Shown here piece by piece: positions 26,929-35,949 of a stretch of 64,000 bases of DNA; position 1 is the stretch's first letter, and every line of letters begins with the position of its first letter. The DNA is from Alphaproteobacteria bacterium (GTDB lineage: Bacteria; Pseudomonadota; Alphaproteobacteria; Rickettsiales; SXRF01), in contig JANYES010000019.1 of the NCBI GenBank assembly GCA_025362975.1, positions 114,168-178,167 of the forward strand, in the 5' to 3' direction. The translations under genes were made by a program, and so were the position numbers. The notes below the pieces were generated by a model. The model saw only the letters and a program-made list of their open reading frames with translations, was not told the origin of the DNA and did no database searches.

Positions 26929-28164
26929 ATGAGTAACGTTTACGATGTGCTGTTCAAACAGCCAAAGGTGCACAAGAAACTGGGTAAGGAAGCCGAAGCG
27001 CTTGCCCAAACCATCATCGCGTCCGGGCGCATGCGCCTCGACGCCGACGACGAAACGAATTTCACCCGTTTTCAGATGCCGCAGGAACGCATCAACCTCA
27101 CCTTCACCTTCCGCGAAATGGCCGAGCCTGAACTCATCAAGGAATCGCACGCCCGCATGAAAGCCGTGCTGCTGGAACGCCACAGCGAAAAAGCGGCGCA
27201 ATCGATGACCGATGATTACATGAAGATGGTCAACGCCAATTTAAAAAAACGTCGCCCCGTGCTACCAAAAATCGAAGTGATGATGGCGCGCGCTTTCGTC
27301 AGCTGCAACGCGCTGCCCGTCATCCGCCTCATCCATCTCGAAAAGGCCGAGATTTACCTTTCCTACGGCCACACGGTAAGCGACGTGATGGACATCGCCA
27401 CATGGCAGCAGGTCGGCGAAAGCAACGGATTGCAAGCCGTCGGCGCCGGTGAAAACGCCGTCTACGTGTCCTGCGGCGGCCACCCGTTTTTAGAAGGCGA
27501 AGAGCGCAACCACAGCGGCGATGGGTTCCCGGCACTCGCCCGCTGCATGATCATCGCTGGTCAGGAAACCGGCCATAACGGCGACATGATCCGCAACGAA
27601 TATGGTCAGTGGATCGGCCGCTATTCCGCCTCAAACTGGGACCGCGCCCCGAGCGACATCGCTGGCAAAGGACGCCGTCGCGACGCCAAACGCTGCGACC
27701 ATATCTACAAGGAAGCCCGCCGTTTCGGGCTACACCGCATCGCCGAATGGGAGCGGCATTTGAAATTCTACCACGACAATAAGCTCAACAACATGCGCTC
27801 GCGCTGGGCATGGACCAAAAGCCGCCTCGCGTGGCAGATCCTAAAAATCATCATGCGAATTCGCGGTTTCAAAGGCATCACCAAAATCCAGAAAGATCGC
27901 TACCCCGCCACCCTCATGGTCAAATTCTTCCGCGACCAGATTTTCAACCTCTACCCCCAGCACGAAGCCTACACCCGCTCGGATCCCTTAGCCCAGGAAG
28001 CCATTGTCGTCATCGAAGCTGTCGCCCGCGTGCCCCAGCAAGTCGTCAAATGGGGGCATGAAGCGGTGCGCACCACCGAACCGGCGCTCTACAGGCTTTA
28101 CTACGGCACTATTGTGCCCGCGTGTGAGAAAGCGAACCGGCGGTATCAGCAAAGCCCTAAATAA
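26929..28164 (+). CDS. DUF2748-like protein (family described from Rickettsia)
   Basis: LAQ.II.SGR.R.D.DD..NF.RF N-terminus, AVYVSCGG.PF, QETGH..D..R and EA.ARVPQQV.KWGH motifs recalled for this family. Confidence 0.65.
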   Translation: MSNVYDVLFKQPKVHKKLGKEAEALAQTIIASGRMRLDADDETNFTRFQMPQERINLTFTFREMAEPELIKESHARMKAVLLERHSEKAAQSMTDDYMKMVNANLKKRRPVLPKIEVMMARAFVSCNALPVIRLIHLEKAEIYLSYGHTVSDVMDIATWQQVGESNGLQAVGAGENAVYVSCGGHPFLEGEERNHSGDGFPALARCMIIAGQETGHNGDMIRNEYGQWIGRYSASNWDRAPSDIAGKGRRRDAKRCDHIYKEARRFGLHRIAEWERHLKFYHDNKLNNMRSRWAWTKSRLAWQILKIIMRIRGFKGITKIQKDRYPATLMVKFFRDQIFNLYPQHEAYTRSDPLAQEAIVVIEAVARVPQQVVKWGHEAVRTTEPALYRLYYGTIVPACEKANRRYQQSPK

Positions 28165-28207
28165 AAGGGCACCGGGTTCCTGGAAGCTTTGATTGATTCA
28201 CTTAAGC

Positions 28208-28319
28208 CGTCATCCCCGCGCGAGGCGGGTATCTAATCCATAGCTACGGCAGCAGCGTAAAGAATTTTATCCCTCGCTACCGCGAGGTGAACTGGATACC
28301 CGCCTCCGCGGGAATGACG
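28208..28319. repeat. Alphaproteobacterial palindromic element (REP/RPE4-like)
   Basis: CGTCATCCCCGCG..AGGCGGGTATC ... GATACCCGCCT.CGCGGGAATGACG inverted arms between convergent genes. Confidence 0.8.
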
Positions 28320-28329
28320 ATAGCAACGC

Positions 28330-28644
28330 TTAGTTGCTGATTTCTACCGGCACGCCGTCCGGTTTAATGATTTCACGCACTTCCGTCACATCAGGATCGC
28401 TCTTCGACTGGCTGCCGACGACGATAACCTTATCGCCCTTCTTCAAACCCTTCAAATGCTCACGCGTCGCTTCATTGATTTCGATGAACATGGTGTTCTT
28501 TCCGTCATCCAGAATCAGGTGCTCATGGCCGACGCCGACGACTTTGGCCTTCATTTCATCGTTATTCTTTTCCATTTTGTTGCAACCGGCAAGCGCCAGC
28601 ACTGCGGCCACTACTGCTACCATTTTTCCTGTCTGTTTCATCAT
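28330..28644 (-). CDS. Small lipoprotein, OB-fold-like
   Basis: Lipobox LAGC after a basic/hydrophobic leader; LKKGDKVIV beta pattern. Confidence 0.75.
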   Translation of the reverse strand: MMKQTGKMVAVVAAVLALAGCNKMEKNNDEMKAKVVGVGHEHLILDDGKNTMFIEINEATREHLKGLKKGDKVIVVGSQSKSDPDVTEVREIIKPDGVPVEISN

Positions 28645-28751
28645 TTTGGGGTCTCCGGCTAGGTTTACTAGGTTAAAAATGCTCATATCCAAGGCGGAAG
28701 CTAACACAAATAATCATAAAGAATCAATGCATTAAATTAACCAGTAGCGAT

Positions 28752-28767
28752 TGGCACAATCGTTGCT
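28752..28767 (+). promoter_or_regulatory. Sigma54 (-24/-12) promoter
   Basis: TGGCACAATCGTTGCT, exact GG-N10-GC spacing, about 65 bp upstream of ATG 28833. Confidence 0.65.
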
Positions 28768-28832
28768 GCTCTTTAACCAAGACGTTAATTATACCTCTAA
28801 ATAAAAATGAGAAATATTAACAGGAGAGTGTC

Positions 28833-29432
28833 ATGGAGCCGATCGCCAACCCCAATTACATCGTGGTTCCCCGCGCCAATTACGAAAGCTGGGAATACCT
28901 TCCCGTCGCGATTACCAATAAAATTAACGCCGGGAATTACTGGACCATCCTGCCCGAAAGCCAGCTCTACCAGTTCGGCGTTTTGAGTTCTTCCATGCAT
29001 ATGACGTGGATTAAATGCGTCTCCGGCCGCGTCGCCTGCTACGATCGCCTGCATCACAGCCCCACGATCAAGAACTTCCCGTGGCCAATCACCCATACGC
29101 AGGCGCACATCCTCGCCATTGAAGAGCGCGCCGCCCATGTGCTGAACCTGCGCTCCTATTATGCCAGCACACCGCTGAGCGAACTTTACAACCCGCTGAA
29201 CATGCCCATCGCCCTTCGCGAAGCCCATCAGGCGCTCGACGAAGCCGTCGACGCCGCCTACGGACAGGCATTTTTCGCGTCCGATGACAGCCGCGTCGGC
29301 TTCCTGCTCAATCTCCAGCATAAGCTCAGCGCTTTGCTGTTGCGGATGAATAACGATATCCCGGAGGTACAGTTCTCACTCCAGGCTGGCAAATTGCCCA
29401 CAAGCGCCCGCACGAACGCGAGTATTTTCTAA
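28833..29432 (+). CDS. Stand-alone MmeI-family (type IIL R-M) target-recognition/C-terminal domain protein
   Basis: FGVLSSSMHMTW..VSGR, NFPWP, L.ELYNPLNMP..LREAH..LD.AVDAAYG; no nuclease or methyltransferase part; own GGAGAG RBS. Confidence 0.8.
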   Translation: MEPIANPNYIVVPRANYESWEYLPVAITNKINAGNYWTILPESQLYQFGVLSSSMHMTWIKCVSGRVACYDRLHHSPTIKNFPWPITHTQAHILAIEERAAHVLNLRSYYASTPLSELYNPLNMPIALREAHQALDEAVDAAYGQAFFASDDSRVGFLLNLQHKLSALLLRMNNDIPEVQFSLQAGKLPTSARTNASIF

Positions 29433-29468
29433 TTTTTCTGAGTTTTTGGTTTCCATCCCCTCCCTTGA

Positions 29469-29501
29469 CCCTTCCCGGCTCACCCCGGGAAGGGATTTTT
29501 T
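29469..29501 (+). terminator. Rho-independent terminator
   Basis: CCCTTCCCGG / CCGGGAAGGG stem followed by a T run. Confidence 0.75.
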
Positions 29502-29735
29502 ACCCCCCTGAATTGCCCATAAACCGCCTCTGGAAAGCAGGAGCAAAAAAGACGAAGCATGTCAGCCAAAACCTCTTCTCCTCCTTTTCGCCCCCTCCAA
29601 AGCCGATTTTGTAATTTTTACCGGGATTTTGACGAATAAAAGATCTAATATATTGACACATAATTATTTTACCGATATTTCACCTTGCGGAATTAGATAA
29701 AATCTAACACAACCACCCCCTTTTTTGACAGTTAC

Positions 29736-29774
29736 GTTTCGGCTTTGTTACAGTTGCGTTACAACAACGTTACA
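29736..29774 (+). promoter_or_regulatory. GTTACA direct repeats at 11-bp phase (OmpR/PhoB-family operator candidate)
   Basis: GTTTCG 29736, GTTACA at 29747, 29758 and 29769. Confidence 0.55.
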
Positions 29775-29881
29775 GGTCGATGAATAATGGGTTTCCAACG
29801 TTTATTGCGTTTGATAGCACCCTGCCTTTTGCGTACTATGAATCTAAGAGCACAAACAAACACGAAACAGAGTTCACGAAT

Positions 29882-30097
29882 ATGGCATTTCAGTTTCCCC
29901 AATTAGACGCAAGCCTGCTGGTTACCAAAGGTAGCCTCGTAGAGATGGGCAGCACCCTCTCCACTAAGGGTATGATGGCTGAAACGCTTCAGACGGCGAA
30001 ACTGGACGTGAAAAACTCCACCGCCGCTAACATGACAGTAAACGCTCCAACCGTAGGCGCTGGCCAAGGTGCAGGAAAAACCGAGGGACGCTCCTAA
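29882..30097 (+). CDS. Small hypothetical protein (71 aa)
   Basis: ATG at 29882 with GAG upstream is more plausible than 29780; isolated gene in AT-rich spacers. Confidence 0.6.
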   Translation: MAFQFPQLDASLLVTKGSLVEMGSTLSTKGMMAETLQTAKLDVKNSTAANMTVNAPTVGAGQGAGKTEGRS

Positions 30098-30315
30098 TCC
30101 TCTGATACGTAAGATGAAAAAATCTTATCGGCTATAATAAACTGCCGAACCGGCATAGTTTCTCCCCAGAATTAAATAGAAATTAACTTATTGTTTTTAC
30201 ATTTACAATTGGCACATTTCCATTATAGTTAAAAATGGATAAGTGCATGTTGTAATGCTCCTAAGCGCTTGCTCTGGGGGAAAGTTTAATTGCTTGTGGA
30301 ATTTTTGAGACGCAC

Positions 30316-30678
30316 ATGTCGACAAAATGGAGCGCAGAAGTTTTAAACGGTGGCGTCGACTTTGATGATTTATTCAAAGACCAGTTCGCTATCCTTTTGC
30401 TGCGCGGAAAAAACGTCTTTGGCGATTTTATTTATTGCTATTTGAAAGTCAGCATCAAAGAACTCAAAGCGCTCAATGCTGTTTTAAAACAGGATGTAGA
30501 ATTCACCATCAGCGATTACGGTAGCGTCATCGCAGCTGGCAAAGGCGAACCGCCGCCGGATATTAAAGCGGAAATCTCCCTCGCCTTCCCCACCGCTGCC
30601 TCCAACGCCGGCGCACTCCATCAAGGCGCCAACGTGCCCGCCGAAATGATGGAAAAGAAAAGCTGGGACGAATACTAG
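30316..30678 (+). CDS. Hypothetical protein (120 aa)
   Basis: Globular-looking ORF with DYGSVIAAGKGEPP motif. Confidence 0.65.
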   Translation: MSTKWSAEVLNGGVDFDDLFKDQFAILLLRGKNVFGDFIYCYLKVSIKELKALNAVLKQDVEFTISDYGSVIAAGKGEPPPDIKAEISLAFPTAASNAGALHQGANVPAEMMEKKSWDEY

Positions 30679-30805
30679 CACTGATTTTTTTCTCCTGAAT
30701 CAGCTTGCATCCTACGCAGAGCGGCAATAAAACCCATCGCCAACGGCATCTATCTTTTTGCTGCCGCTTGTTATAAAGTCTCATTTTAACCTGTCGCCTT
30801 CTTGC

Positions 30806-31630
30806 ATGCTCACCTTTCCTAACATCGACCCCGTCGCCATCCATATCGGGCCCATTCCGTATATCGGCACCCTCGCCATCCGCTGGTATTCGCTTGCCTA
30901 TATCGCGGGCATCCTGCTTGGCTGGTGGTATGTCGTCAGGGAACACGCGCGCAAGCCCATCCCCAACCTCACCCGCGCCGGGTTGGACGACATCATCACA
31001 TGGGCTGTCGTCGGCATCGTTGGCGGCGGGCGCTTAGGCTACGTGCTGTTTTACAAACCCGACTATTATATGGAACATCCCGGCCAGATCCTGCACCTCT
31101 GGGAAGGTGGCATGTCTTTTCACGGCGGCTGCTTAGGCGTCATCCTCGCCTTCATTTTATTCTGCCACAAAAACAAAATTCCCTTTTTCGAATTGATCGA
31201 CGTCATCGCCTGCGCCACTCCGTTCGGCCTGTTCTTTGGCCGCATCGCCAATTTCATCAACGGTGAGCTGTATGGCCGCGCCACCGACGTGCCGTGGGGA
31301 ATGGTCTTCCCGCGCGGCGGCGATTTGCCGCGCCATCCAAGCCAGCTCTACGAAGCAGGCCTTGAAGGCATCGTACTTTTCACCATATTAAACACCATGT
31401 GCAAATACACCAACGCCCGCAACAAGCCCGGCATGCTCGGCGGCACCTTCATCGCCGGATACGCTATCGCGCGCATGATCGTCGAATGCGTGCGCGAGCC
31501 GGATGATTTCCTCGGCTTCTTCTTCGGCGCCGTCACGATGGGCCAGTTGCTTTCGCTGCCAATGCTCGCCTTCGGCTTCTATCTAATCGTGCGCAAACCC
31601 AACCAATTCCCAGGACCAGCCTTACAGTGA
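30806..31630 (+). CDS. lgt: Prolipoprotein diacylglyceryl transferase
   Basis: IDPVAI.IGP, IRWYSLAY, GGMSFHGG, GRIANFINGELYGR, RHPSQLYEA. Confidence 0.97.
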   Translation: MLTFPNIDPVAIHIGPIPYIGTLAIRWYSLAYIAGILLGWWYVVREHARKPIPNLTRAGLDDIITWAVVGIVGGGRLGYVLFYKPDYYMEHPGQILHLWEGGMSFHGGCLGVILAFILFCHKNKIPFFELIDVIACATPFGLFFGRIANFINGELYGRATDVPWGMVFPRGGDLPRHPSQLYEAGLEGIVLFTILNTMCKYTNARNKPGMLGGTFIAGYAIARMIVECVREPDDFLGFFFGAVTMGQLLSLPMLAFGFYLIVRKPNQFPGPALQ

Positions 31631-32700
31631 CCGTCGAACAATTCATCAAAGACCGCATCCGCGCCAACGGCTCGATCGAAATTTCGGAATACATGGCCCT
31701 TGCGCTGGCCCATCCCGAAGACGGCTATTACATCCGCAAGGACCCCTTCGGCGTGCAGGGCGATTTCACTACCGCGCCTGAAATTTCCCAGGTCTTCGGC
31801 GAACTCATCGGCGCATGGCTGGTCACCCAATGGGTGATCATGGGTAAACCCGAATCTGCGCTGGCCGAAATCGGTCCGGGCCGTGGCACGCTGATGGCCG
31901 ACATTCTGCGCGCCACCGCCAATGTCAAAGGCTTCCACGAATCCATCAGCGTTCATCTGATGGAAATCTCCACCACCCTGCGCCAGAAACAATGGAACAC
32001 ACTAGCCGGAAAACACACCGACATACTCTGGCACACCGGCTTTGCCGAAATCCCGCCCAAGCCCCTGCTGCTCGTCGCCAACGAATTCTTCGATGCGCTC
32101 CCCATCCGCCAATACCTCCACGCCCCCGACGGCTGGAAAGAACGCCGCGTGACGCTGAACGACGACGACCAGCTCGAATTCATTTTCGTCCCGCAAGCCC
32201 CGCCTGAATTCCTGCAACACGAACCCCAGTCCGATCGCATGTACGAGCATTGCGACGCGGGCCACCGCCTGATGGTCGTCATCGCCAACCGCATCGCCAC
32301 CTACGGCGGCACCGGCCTCATCATTGACTACGGTTACGAAGGCTCCCCCTTTGGTAATGTCGGCGGCAACACCCTGCAATCCGTGCGCGAACATAAATTC
32401 CACGACGTCCTAGTCGACCCCGGCACCGCCGACATCACCGCCCATGTCGATTTCTACAACCTGACCCACGCCGCAGCCGAAGGCGGCTGCGTCATCTACG
32501 GCCCCGTCGGCCAGGGCGAACTCCTAAACCGCCTAGGCGCGAAGGAACGTATCGAAACCCTATGCGCCACCGCCACCCCCTCCCAGCAAAAAACCCTCAT
32601 TTCCGGCCTTGCGCGCCTCACCGCCGTTGACCAAATGGGCGAGCTTTTCAAAGCATTGTGCATCACAGACCCGCATCTGCCGAAGCCCGAAGGGTTTTAA
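31627..32700 (+). CDS. SAM-dependent methyltransferase, MidA/NDUFAF7 family
   Basis: GDFTTAPEISQVFGELIG, EIGPGRGTL, NEFFDALP, DITAHVDF; conserved position after lgt. Confidence 0.93.
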   Translation: MTVEQFIKDRIRANGSIEISEYMALALAHPEDGYYIRKDPFGVQGDFTTAPEISQVFGELIGAWLVTQWVIMGKPESALAEIGPGRGTLMADILRATANVKGFHESISVHLMEISTTLRQKQWNTLAGKHTDILWHTGFAEIPPKPLLLVANEFFDALPIRQYLHAPDGWKERRVTLNDDDQLEFIFVPQAPPEFLQHEPQSDRMYEHCDAGHRLMVVIANRIATYGGTGLIIDYGYEGSPFGNVGGNTLQSVREHKFHDVLVDPGTADITAHVDFYNLTHAAAEGGCVIYGPVGQGELLNRLGAKERIETLCATATPSQQKTLISGLARLTAVDQMGELFKALCITDPHLPKPEGF

Positions 32701-33081
32701 ATTCAAGCTCTATAATTTGAATGTTTTTTGAGCCCCAGATTCAATTTGGGTCTTGAACTCGTTTTTGAATCAGGCATGTACGAATATGAGCCCGTCGTAT
32801 GACGGATCCGTGCATCCGCGCGGTAAGCTGGATCTGCATTCACCAGAATTACAATTCACAAGAACTTGCCTCTAAAACACCTCCTGCCCGACCACTTGAC
32901 CACATAGTATACTGATATTTCACAGCAGCTTAACCACTGCGCTGGTTTCGAAAATGTCGAGGAATGTCAAGAATTGTCAATCAATCCATCCCCCACCTTA
33001 CCACTACAACCCCTAATCGCCCCAAAATCGCATCAATAAATTTCTGGGCATCGGACAAAAAAACATTTATTATTCCGCCTC

Positions 33082-33888
33082 ATGAAACATGCTTCCCAGC
33101 CCTCAGTGCAACTGCTCACGCCCGTCACCTGCCCCGCTTTATCGGCGGTCAAAGGCGTCCGCCACGGGTTTTTCACGCGCCATGACGGTGCAAGCGCGGG
33201 CCTCTATGCCTCGCTTAACTGCGGTTACGGCTCCGGAGATGATCTGGCCCATGTCGCCGAAAACCGGGCTCTCGTCGCCTCCACACTTCAAGTCGAACCC
33301 ACGGGCCTGTGCACCGCTTACCAGATCCACAGCCCGGTCGCCGTCACCATTTCCAAACCGTGGCACTGGTCCGACGCCCCCGAGGCCGACGCCATCGTCA
33401 CAAACGAACCCGGCATCGCCATCGGCATCCTCACCGCCGACTGCGTACCCGTGCTCTTCGCCGACACCAGACACCACGTCATCGGCGCCGCCCATGCGGG
33501 CTGGAAGGGCGCCTTCGGCGGCGTGATCGAAGCCACGCTCGACGCAATGGTGGCGCTTGGCGCCAAGCGCGAAACCATCACCACCGCCATCGGCCCGGCC
33601 ATCGCGCAGAACTCCTACGAAGTCGGCATGGAATTCCATGACCGGTTCCTCGCCGCCGACGACGCCAACGCCCAGTATTTCCTCGCTGGCCCGCGTGAAA
33701 AACACTACATGTTCGACCTCAAAGCCTACGTCAAGGACCGCCTCAAAAACGCCGGCGCCAGCCACGTCAACATGCTCGCCCACGACACCTGCTCGCAAGA
33801 GGACGATTTCTACAGCTTCCGCCGCGCCACCCTTCGCGGCGAACCCGTTTATGGCCGCCAGATTTCAGCCATCGCGATGGATAACTAA
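33082..33888 (+). CDS. pgeF: Peptidoglycan editing factor PgeF/YfiH
   Basis: HGFFTR, SLNCG, QIHS, TADCVPVL, AHAGWKG, FYSFRR. Confidence 0.93.
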   Translation: MKHASQPSVQLLTPVTCPALSAVKGVRHGFFTRHDGASAGLYASLNCGYGSGDDLAHVAENRALVASTLQVEPTGLCTAYQIHSPVAVTISKPWHWSDAPEADAIVTNEPGIAIGILTADCVPVLFADTRHHVIGAAHAGWKGAFGGVIEATLDAMVALGAKRETITTAIGPAIAQNSYEVGMEFHDRFLAADDANAQYFLAGPREKHYMFDLKAYVKDRLKNAGASHVNMLAHDTCSQEDDFYSFRRATLRGEPVYGRQISAIAMDN

Positions 33889-33911
33889 AGACAACGTAAG
33901 AAAGACCGATT

Positions 33912-34787
33912 ATGACCCTGATACCTTTCGACGACCGCGACGGATTCATCTGGCAGGATGGTAAAATGCTGCCTTGGCGCGACGCGAAAGTGCATGTGCT
34001 GACCCACGGCCTGCATTACGGCTCCTGTGTTTTCGAAGGCGTGCGCGCCTATAATGGCAAGATATTCAAGCTGCGCGAGCATACCGAGCGCCTGCGCCAT
34101 TCCGCCGAACTGCTCGGCTTCAAAATTCCTTACAGCGTCGAAGAGCTGGAAAAAGTCCAGTATGAAGTGCTTGAAAAACAAGGCATCAAAAACGGCTACC
34201 TCCGCCCCGTTGCATGGCGCGGTAGCGAGATGATGGCCATCTCCGCCCAGAAAACCACCATCCATGTGGCCGTCGCCGCGTGGGAATGGCCGAGCTATTT
34301 CTCCAAGGAAGCCAAGGAGCGCGGCCTGAAGCTGCAACTGTCCAAATGGGCACGCCCCGGCCCGAATATGGCCCCCACCGCCTCCAAAGCCGCGGGTCTC
34401 TACATGATCTGCACCCTCTCCAAACACGCCGCCGAGCAGGAAGGCTTCGACGACGCCTTGATGCTCGACTACCGGGGCTACATCGCCGAAGCCACGGGCG
34501 CCAACATGTTCTTCGTCTTTGGCGGTGAACTCCACACCCCCACCCCCGACTGCTTCCTAGACGGCATCACCCGCCGTACGGTCATGCAATTGGCACGCAA
34601 CAAGGGAATTAAGGTAATCGAGCGCCACATCAAGCCTGAAGAGCTTTCCAACGTTCAAGAGGTGTTTTTGGTAGGCACAGCCGCCGAAGTCACCCCCATC
34701 GGGCGCATCGGCGAACAGCTCTTCGACGTCGGCCCCGTCACCAAAACCCTGATGCAGGCGTATACAGACCTCGTTTCCAAGGCATAA
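33912..34787 (+). CDS. ilvE: Branched-chain amino acid aminotransferase
   Basis: THGLHYGSCVFEG, SKAAGLY, EATGANMF, LDGITR, GTAAEVTP. Confidence 0.95.
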   Translation: MTLIPFDDRDGFIWQDGKMLPWRDAKVHVLTHGLHYGSCVFEGVRAYNGKIFKLREHTERLRHSAELLGFKIPYSVEELEKVQYEVLEKQGIKNGYLRPVAWRGSEMMAISAQKTTIHVAVAAWEWPSYFSKEAKERGLKLQLSKWARPGPNMAPTASKAAGLYMICTLSKHAAEQEGFDDALMLDYRGYIAEATGANMFFVFGGELHTPTPDCFLDGITRRTVMQLARNKGIKVIERHIKPEELSNVQEVFLVGTAAEVTPIGRIGEQLFDVGPVTKTLMQAYTDLVSKA

Positions 34788-34949
34788 AAAAACTCCCTTA
34801 AACGTTGGTGCGCTCAGGAAGAGTCTATTACGAGGGTGGTTCCGTCGGGAGCTACACCAACTTGTCTAGGTGGTTTTCACTCTCGGCCCATTGGCTGATC
34901 TTAACCACTTCCCGGTCGCAATCTTATATTGGAAAATGCCTTCTAGGGC

Positions 34950-35126
34950 TTAGATATGGTCGTCGCCGGTGTAGATATTCTCAATCAACAGTCCGCCATA
35001 CACGTTTTCCCACGCAACGTTGTTGTGGGGCGCCGCCCCCGGCGCACAGGCCGAAACGCTTAAAAGCGCCACAAGCGCGAGTGCCGCGCGGGCTGCTTTG
35101 GTGAATGAGCTATGTATATTGCGCAT
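34950..35126 (-). CDS. Small lipoprotein (58 aa), absent from the ORF track
   Basis: MRNIHSSFTKAARAALALVALLSVSAC|APGAAPHNNVAWENVYGGLLIENIYTGDDHI; lipobox-like VSAC; AAGGG upstream. Confidence 0.65.
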   Translation of the reverse strand: MRNIHSSFTKAARAALALVALLSVSACAPGAAPHNNVAWENVYGGLLIENIYTGDDHI

Positions 35127-35249
35127 GATAGTAACCCTTAAGTGTCTTTATTATGAGCCTTAGGTATAACAAGAACTGTGCCAATTCTGAGATTGGCTCT
35201 GAGAGCCAATTTGCTGGCATTTACCCCTATCGGCATGCTTAGATTTTGG

Positions 35250-35289
35250 ACATTTGCCTATTTTTTGTGCACAAAAAATAGGCAAATGT
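35250..35289. promoter_or_regulatory. Perfect 40-bp palindrome containing two overlapping NtrC/NtrX-like 17-bp sites
   Basis: ACATTTGCCTATTTTTTGTG|CACAAAAAATAGGCAAATGT. Confidence 0.55.
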
Positions 35290-35404
35290 ATCGAGACCAG
35301 CCATAACCGAATTAGAACGGAATATGATTATATTAATCATTAGTGCCTAAAATGAGACTTTCGCTTACTCACGACGAGAGAAACCTATACTAGAGGATGT
35401 ATGT

Positions 35405-35869
35405 ATGAACACGTTGGATCAGTCCCTGTTAAAACGCTTAAGCTTAACTCAAAAATTTGAGGCTCTTTTAGAGTCTTATGGGTTAGCGACACGCACGACT
35501 GTCATTGATGCAAACAATTAGGTGCCTAAGAATTTACAAACACCTGAAAATGGTGTTGGTATTTACATCAATGATTATAGCAAACATGACCATAACCCTA
35601 AGTATAAGCTTGTATTGAATACACCAGATAATGACGGTGAAACCATGAAAACCCTTGAGAGGATTCTGGCCGATCTCGGATTGGAGAATAAGTCAAACAG
35701 TTGGGCGAGGATAGATCTTGACTGGAAAACGCCAGAGGCAGCACATGCACAGATAGACGCCCTTCTTACCGCAAGGCAGAAGGAGCTAAGTAAAGGCAAT
35801 TGGGCTGAAACTTCCAGCAACCGTGGCGAACAGGGAACGGCCAGTCGTCAAAAAATAAGAACGGTTTGA
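35405..35869 (+). pseudogene. Low-GC hypothetical gene interrupted by in-frame TAG at 35519-35521
   Basis: GAGGA RBS + ATG 35405 opens 38 codons, then TAG, then the same frame continues as ORF 35522-35869. Confidence 0.55.
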
Positions 35870-35949
35870 AACGAAAATCTGGCATAAAACACAAAAACCC
35901 GTGTCATGGTTAGTCGCCATGAAACGGGTTTTGTGCGGAGCAGGTTTAA

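Noticed and set aside
28773-28788. CtrA-like TTAA pair
   Set aside because: Spacing is N8, not N7.
34805-35104. 99-aa plus-strand ORF
   Set aside because: No RBS or protein-like composition; the minus-strand lipoprotein 34950-35126 explains the region better.
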